60,072 nt of DNA from positions 1 through 60,072 of the forward strand of contig JBBRUC010000006.1 in NCBI GenBank assembly GCA_038248205.1, read 5' to 3'. The stretch comes from Thermoanaerobaculia bacterium. GTDB taxonomy: Bacteria > Acidobacteriota > Thermoanaerobaculia > Multivoradales > UBA5704. Below, piece by piece: positions 55,417-60,072 of the stretch. A model generated the notes under the pieces. The model saw nothing but the letters and a program-made list of their open reading frames with translations, was not told the DNA's origin and did not search any database. Numbering within the stretch: position 1 is the first letter of the stretch; every line of letters begins with the position of its first letter. The position numbers were made by a program, and so were the translations under genes.

Positions 55417-56434
55417 CCAGCATTCGATGCAACACCGCCATCTGGGCCCACATCCGGTTGTGGGCCTGGGGGAGTACCGCGCTGCGCGGTCCGTCCAGCA
55501 CCTCGTCGGCGACCACGACGTTGCGGCGGACCGGCAGGCAGTGAAGAAACCGGGCGCCGGGTGCCGCCGGGCGGAACCACGACTCGTCGACCGTCCAGTC
55601 GGCGTACCGCGCGCGCAGCTCGGTCTCCGTCGCCAGCTCACCGTAGTGCGCGGCGGAGGCCCACGACTTGGCGTAGATCACGTGCGCGCCGGAAAGCGCC
55701 GCCTCGCGATCCGCGGTCTCTCCAACCGACCCGCCCGACAGGGCGGCCGAGGCGCGGGCACGCGCCATCAGCGGTTCGGGCAGCGCGTACTCGTCGGGGC
55801 GCAGGACGGTCACGTCCATCCCGCGCGCCGCCGCCATCTGGACGACGGTGGCGGGTACCGCGAGCGGCAGCGGCTTCGGGTGGCGCGCCCAGGTGAGGAC
55901 GAGTTTGCCGCCCGCCGACGGGAGTCCCAAGTCGTCGAGCGTCTTCCAATCGCCGAGCGCCTGGCACGGATGGTCGATCGCCGATTCCAGGTTGATCAGG
56001 GGCAGCGGGTGGATCGCTTCGAGGGTCGCCGCCATCGCGGCGAACGTCGAGTCGGCGAGGTCGGATGCCAGATCGGTACCGCCCGCGAACGACCGAATGC
56101 CCAGCGCATGGGCGTACCCGGCGAGCACCGGAATCGCCTCGCGCACGTGCTCGGCCGCCGCGCCGTCCATTACGACCCCGGTTCGCGTCTCCAGTTGCCA
56201 GCTTCCCTGGCCGGGGGAGATCACGAAACAGGAACCGCCGAGCCGCGCCATGCCGGCCTGAAAGCTGGCGAGCGTCCGGAGCGACGGATTGAAAAACAAT
56301 AGCCCGAGGACTTTCCCCGGCAACGTGAGCGAAAGCGCCGCCGGGTCGGGATGCTTCTCCAACCAGGAGGCGAGCGCCAAGAGCTCGCCGATTTCCTCGC
56401 GCGAGTGCTCGGATAGCGAGACGAACCGCTTCAT
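55382..56434 (-). CDS. argF: N-acetylornithine (or N-succinylornithine) carbamoyltransferase, ArgF'
   Basis: FFNPSLRT, HPCQ, HPKPLP proline-rich loop and HCLPVRRN, as in AOTCase/SOTCase. Confidence 0.92.
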   Translation of the reverse strand: MKRFVSLSEHSREEIGELLALASWLEKHPDPAALSLTLPGKVLGLLFFNPSLRTLASFQAGMARLGGSCFVISPGQGSWQLETRTGVVMDGAAAEHVREAIPVLAGYAHALGIRSFAGGTDLASDLADSTFAAMAATLEAIHPLPLINLESAIDHPCQALGDWKTLDDLGLPSAGGKLVLTWARHPKPLPLAVPATVVQMAAARGMDVTVLRPDEYALPEPLMARARASAALSGGSVGETADREAALSGAHVIYAKSWASAAHYGELATETELRARYADWTVDESWFRPAAPGARFLHCLPVRRNVVVADEVLDGPRSAVLPQAHNRMWAQMAVLHRMLASTSLSQRTEP

Positions 56435-57633
56435 TCGGCCGCTCCGGGTAGTTCGCGAAGGGCGGCGACGAGCGCGTCTACATGAGCGTCTTCGAGCACC
56501 AGCGGCGGCAGCAGGCGGAGCACGGCGGGGTCGGCGCTGGTGCCGGTCAGCAGGCCGCGGCTGAGCAGCTCGGCCTGCACTTGCTTTGCCGGCCGCGCGC
56601 AGCGCAGTCCAAGCAGGAATCCCGCGCCTTGTATGGAAGTCACGACGCCGCCCAGGCACTCGGCTTGGAGCCGCGCGGAAAGCCGCCGCACCCGGGCGAG
56701 TAGATCCTCTTCTTCGATCGCGGCGATCGTCGCTTCGATCAGCGCGCAAGCGAGCGGCCCGCCGCCGAACGTGGTGCCGAGATCGCCCTTCTTCAAACCC
56801 GCGCCCGCCGCGTCCGAAACCAGCACCGCGCCGGCCGGAAAACCGCCCGCGAGGCCCTTTGCCGTCGTCAAAAGATCGGGCGTCACCCCGTGCAACTGCG
56901 CCGCGAACGGTTGCCCGGTGCGCCCCATGCCGCACTGCACCTCGTCGAAGATCAAGAGCGCGCCCTGGCGCTTCGTCAGCTCGCGCGCGGCGGCAAGATA
57001 GGAGGCTCCGAGATCCACCGCTCCGGCCATCCCCTGCACCGGTTCGAGGATCAACGCCGCGACGCCGGAGTCCGCCTCGCCGCGCGGAGTGAGCGCGCGT
57101 TCCAGCGCATCGAGATCGCCGACCGGAACGAACTCCACCTCGAACGGATTCGACGGAAACCCCGCCCACTTCTCCGAGCCCCAGGTGACCGCCGCCGCCG
57201 CCGCCGTCCGGCCGTGGAAGCTCCCTTCGAGCGCGATCACCCGCTTCCGGCCGGTCTGGCGGATCGCGAGCCGCAGCGCGTTCTCGTTCGCCTCGGCGCC
57301 GCTGTTGACCAGGAACGTGTGGGAAAGCCCCTTCGGGGCGAACGAGACGAGCGCGTGGGCGGCGCGGGCGCGAATTTCGAGCGGTACCAGATTGCTCTGG
57401 AAGAACATCGTTTCCGCCTGGGCGGCAAGCGCCGCGAGCAGACGCGGATGGCCATAGCCGAGCAGAGCCACGGCGTGGCCGCCATAGAAATCCAGCAGCT
57501 CGCGGCCGTCGCGGGTCCAGAGCTTCACCCCAAGGCCGCGCACCGGTTCGACCGGCAGCTGGGCGTAGACCGGCAGCAGCCAGCGGGCTTCCTCTTCGGT
57601 GGCACCTGCCGGCGCGATTTCCAGTTCGACCAT
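56431..57633 (-). CDS. argD: Acetylornithine aminotransferase
   Basis: NSGAEANE, FHGRT, EPVQG, DEVQCGMGRTG and AKGLAGG. The start could be 57648. Confidence 0.92.
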   Translation of the reverse strand: MVELEIAPAGATEEEARWLLPVYAQLPVEPVRGLGVKLWTRDGRELLDFYGGHAVALLGYGHPRLLAALAAQAETMFFQSNLVPLEIRARAAHALVSFAPKGLSHTFLVNSGAEANENALRLAIRQTGRKRVIALEGSFHGRTAAAAAVTWGSEKWAGFPSNPFEVEFVPVGDLDALERALTPRGEADSGVAALILEPVQGMAGAVDLGASYLAAARELTKRQGALLIFDEVQCGMGRTGQPFAAQLHGVTPDLLTTAKGLAGGFPAGAVLVSDAAGAGLKKGDLGTTFGGGPLACALIEATIAAIEEEDLLARVRRLSARLQAECLGGVVTSIQGAGFLLGLRCARPAKQVQAELLSRGLLTGTSADPAVLRLLPPLVLEDAHVDALVAALRELPGAAE

Positions 57634-57656
57634 GCCGTTTCCCTTCATGATTTCGT

Positions 57657-58745
57657 TCAGATCCAACCCAGCCCCGGCTGCGCCAGACCCGCCGCCTCGG
57701 GCATGCCGAGCAGCCGATTCATCCATTGGACCGCGCCGCCGGCCGCTCCTTTGACCAAGTTGTCGATCGTCGAGAAAGCGACCAGGTCGTCCCCCCGGAG
57801 CGCGAAGGAGAGCGATGCTCGATTGGTGCCGACCACGTCTTGCAGCCGGGGCGGCTTGCCCCCTGCCGGGACGACGTTGACGAACGGCGAGCCGGCATAG
57901 AACCGCGCGACGCCCGCCACCACCTCTTCGAGGTCCGCCGGCCGCGCCAGGCGGGCGTGGATCGTGGCGTAGATGCCGCGCGCGTACGGCCCCGACTGCA
58001 GCAGGAAGGCGATCTCAACCGGCCGCCCGGCCGCGGTGCCCGCGTGGAGCCGCATCTCCGGCTCGTGGCGGTGGTTGAGCGGGTTGTAGGCGAAGACGTT
58101 GCTCCGCCGCTCGGGGTGGTGCGTCGTGGCGGTAGGAGTCCGCCCGGCTCCCGTGCTGCCGGTGACGGCTACCACCGTGAAGCGCGGTTCGATCAGCCCC
58201 AGCTTCAACAGCGGCACCGAGGCGAGCAGCACCGAGGTGGTGAAGCATCCGGGATGGGCGACCCGCCCGAGCGGCGCTTCGGCCAAATGCTCCGGCACGG
58301 CGGAAACGAATTCCGCGAGCCGCCCCGGCGCGCCGTGGGCTTGGCCGTAGACCTCCTGATACCGCGCGGCGTCGGGAAAGCGAAAATCGGCCGAGAGATC
58401 GACCAGCCGCACCCGCGCGTCGGCCTCTTCGGCGTGGCGGAGCAGCGCATCGACCAGCGGCGCCGAAGCCCCGTGCGGTGCCGCGGAAAACACCGCGACC
58501 GTCTCGTTTTCGGCGAACAGCCGGGGCAGCGCGTCGCTGCCGACGAACTTGAGGCCGGGAAACGCTCCCGCGAGATGAGGGAATGCCTCTTCGACCAAGC
58601 TGCCCGGCTTGCTCTCCGAGATCACCGCCAGATCGCGCAGAAACGGATGGACCGCGAGCAGCCGGAGCAGCTCTCCGGCGATGTAGCCCGAGCCGCCGAT
58701 CACCACCGTGCGGGCGGTATGATTTCCTGAGGTTCCCGCGGTCAC
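57657..58745 (-). CDS. argC: N-acetyl-gamma-glutamyl-phosphate reductase
   Basis: GGSGYIAGEL, DLSADFR, PGC, GSTGAG and DNLVKGAAG. GTG start overlaps the upstream stop. Confidence 0.93.
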   Translation of the reverse strand: MTAGTSGNHTARTVVIGGSGYIAGELLRLLAVHPFLRDLAVISESKPGSLVEEAFPHLAGAFPGLKFVGSDALPRLFAENETVAVFSAAPHGASAPLVDALLRHAEEADARVRLVDLSADFRFPDAARYQEVYGQAHGAPGRLAEFVSAVPEHLAEAPLGRVAHPGCFTTSVLLASVPLLKLGLIEPRFTVVAVTGSTGAGRTPTATTHHPERRSNVFAYNPLNHRHEPEMRLHAGTAAGRPVEIAFLLQSGPYARGIYATIHARLARPADLEEVVAGVARFYAGSPFVNVVPAGGKPPRLQDVVGTNRASLSFALRGDDLVAFSTIDNLVKGAAGGAVQWMNRLLGMPEAAGLAQPGLGWI

Positions 58746-59827
58746 GAGGCGAGCTCTCCGCCCGCGACGCGCGCCGGGTCGTACGGCATCAGCCGCGAGC
58801 GCACCAGCTTGGCCAGCCGCTCCCCCTCGGTGCGGGCGTTGATCGCCGGCACGCCGACGGTCTGCTCGATGATCCGGGTGCCCACCAGATTGTCGGTCGC
58901 CGGTCCGGTGACGGCGACCGGCTCGATGCCGAACCGCTCGCGCAGCAGGCGTACGCCGCCCCAGGCGGCTACGGGATCGTTGGCCGCCAGCACCACCGCG
59001 GTGAACGCCTTCTTGATCTCCTCGTCGTCGAGGATCGCGTCGACGCCGTAGGCGCCGAGCAGGCCGTCGCCCAGCTCGACCATGATCGCCTCCGGCTTGC
59101 CCGCCGCGAGCTGGGTGAGCAGGGTTCGGGTGACCGCGGCGGCGTTGGCCGAGGAGGTCGAAACGACGCCTAAATCGGTAAAGATTCCGGTCGTCCGGGC
59201 GCCCGCGTCCTCCATCGCCAGGATGTCGCGGCGGAGCGAAACGCCGGTCGCCTTGAACCCGTCGACCGTGTAGCCGGCATGTGACAGGTGGCGGATCAAT
59301 GTACAGGCCGCCGCGGTTTTGCCGCTGTTCATGCACGATCCGACGATCGCGATGACCGGCACGTCGGACGGTTCGAGCGGCGCCGCCAGGTCGAGCGGCC
59401 GTTCGCCGATACGCGCCGGAACGCCCACCCGCTCGCCCAAGAACGGGAACGACAGCACGGCGCCGATCACCTCCGCATCGAACGGCGGCCCCAGATCCGG
59501 ATTGATCGAATCGCAAATCCCCAGCACGCCGCCGATGTTGAGCAGCTGAATCCGGTCGCCCGGCACCAGATGGTCGGGCAGATGGCCGGAATAACCGAAC
59601 AGCGCCTGCCGGTGGCCCAGCGCGCCGGCGATCACGTCGCCGTTTTTCACCAAGGCCATCCGCCCGCTCGGCAACTCCAGCTGGTTGTAGGTCGTCTTGT
59701 CCGAGAGGATGCGCACGGCGACCACGATCCCTTCGCGGCAGGGAATCTCCGGGCTGGTGAGCACTTCGCGCTTCAGCCGGCAGGTCTTGGTCACCGAAGC
59801 GATCTTGTCGAGAATCACGGCTTTCAT
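58742..59827 (-). CDS. DUF1611/DgcN-like P-loop-fold protein in the arg operon
   Basis: GALGHRQA..GYSG, VGSCMNSGKT, FTDLGVVST, VELGDGLLG and AANDPVAA. Overlaps both neighbours by 4 nt. Confidence 0.7.
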   Translation of the reverse strand: MKAVILDKIASVTKTCRLKREVLTSPEIPCREGIVVAVRILSDKTTYNQLELPSGRMALVKNGDVIAGALGHRQALFGYSGHLPDHLVPGDRIQLLNIGGVLGICDSINPDLGPPFDAEVIGAVLSFPFLGERVGVPARIGERPLDLAAPLEPSDVPVIAIVGSCMNSGKTAAACTLIRHLSHAGYTVDGFKATGVSLRRDILAMEDAGARTTGIFTDLGVVSTSSANAAAVTRTLLTQLAAGKPEAIMVELGDGLLGAYGVDAILDDEEIKKAFTAVVLAANDPVAAWGGVRLLRERFGIEPVAVTGPATDNLVGTRIIEQTVGVPAINARTEGERLAKLVRSRLMPYDPARVAGGELAS

Positions 59828-60072
59828 GAACTCACCTCCGAACCCGCACGCCGATAGAGCATGCCGGGCATTGCCGCCAAACGCGATAGACCGCGGGCAT
59901 CTTCAGACGTCCACTCTCCCGCCGCTTCGCCGTAGACGCCGCGGGTCGCGGCGAGCAACGAGTAGGGCGACTCGACCCCTTCGACGAACAGGTTCCCCGG
60001 CCGGAAACGCAGCAGAACGTCCCCCGTCACCCGCTCCTGACTCGACAACAGCAGCGCCTCGATGTCGCGGCA
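59824..60072 (-). CDS. argG: Argininosuccinate synthase, C-terminal part (5'-partial)
   Basis: RDIEALLLSSQERVTGDV...SPYSLL...YGE...W...DARG; arg operon context. Confidence 0.85.
   Translation of the reverse strand, partial: CRDIEALLLSSQERVTGDVLLRFRPGNLFVEGVESPYSLLAATRGVYGEAAGEWTSEDARGLSRLAAMPGMLYRRAGSEVSS

Overview
High-GC bacterial chromosome segment. The IPTL-CTERM proteins, ELWxxDGT repeat proteins and KKLxLxRET-leader peptides suggest Acidobacteriota, probably Thermoanaerobaculia (inference). Housekeeping genes include lepA, hemW, trmFO-xerC, lysA and an arginine operon argG'-X-argC-argD-argF'-argB-argE-argH. They are interleaved with a large secreted-protein repertoire: three ELWxxDGT proteins, a 2861-aa SdrD-B/GEVED/IPTL-CTERM protein and its one-repeat paralogue, and a BNR-repeat protein. 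Small toxin-antitoxin or defence modules also occur, several of them eroded. Best candidates for new biology: (1) a RiPP-like pair at 39671-41141, where a 7-Cys precursor peptide precedes a PRMT-like methyltransferase with a PqqD/RRE-like N-terminus, plus a second related 7-Cys precursor about 21 kb away; (2) a DUF1611/DgcN-like protein translationally coupled inside an arg operon with no visible argA/argJ, a candidate alternative N-acetylglutamate synthase; (3) an orphan HDLP-type transcarbamylase. No rRNA, tRNA, CRISPR array or intact transposase was recognised. Family assignments come from motif recognition by eye, not from database searches.
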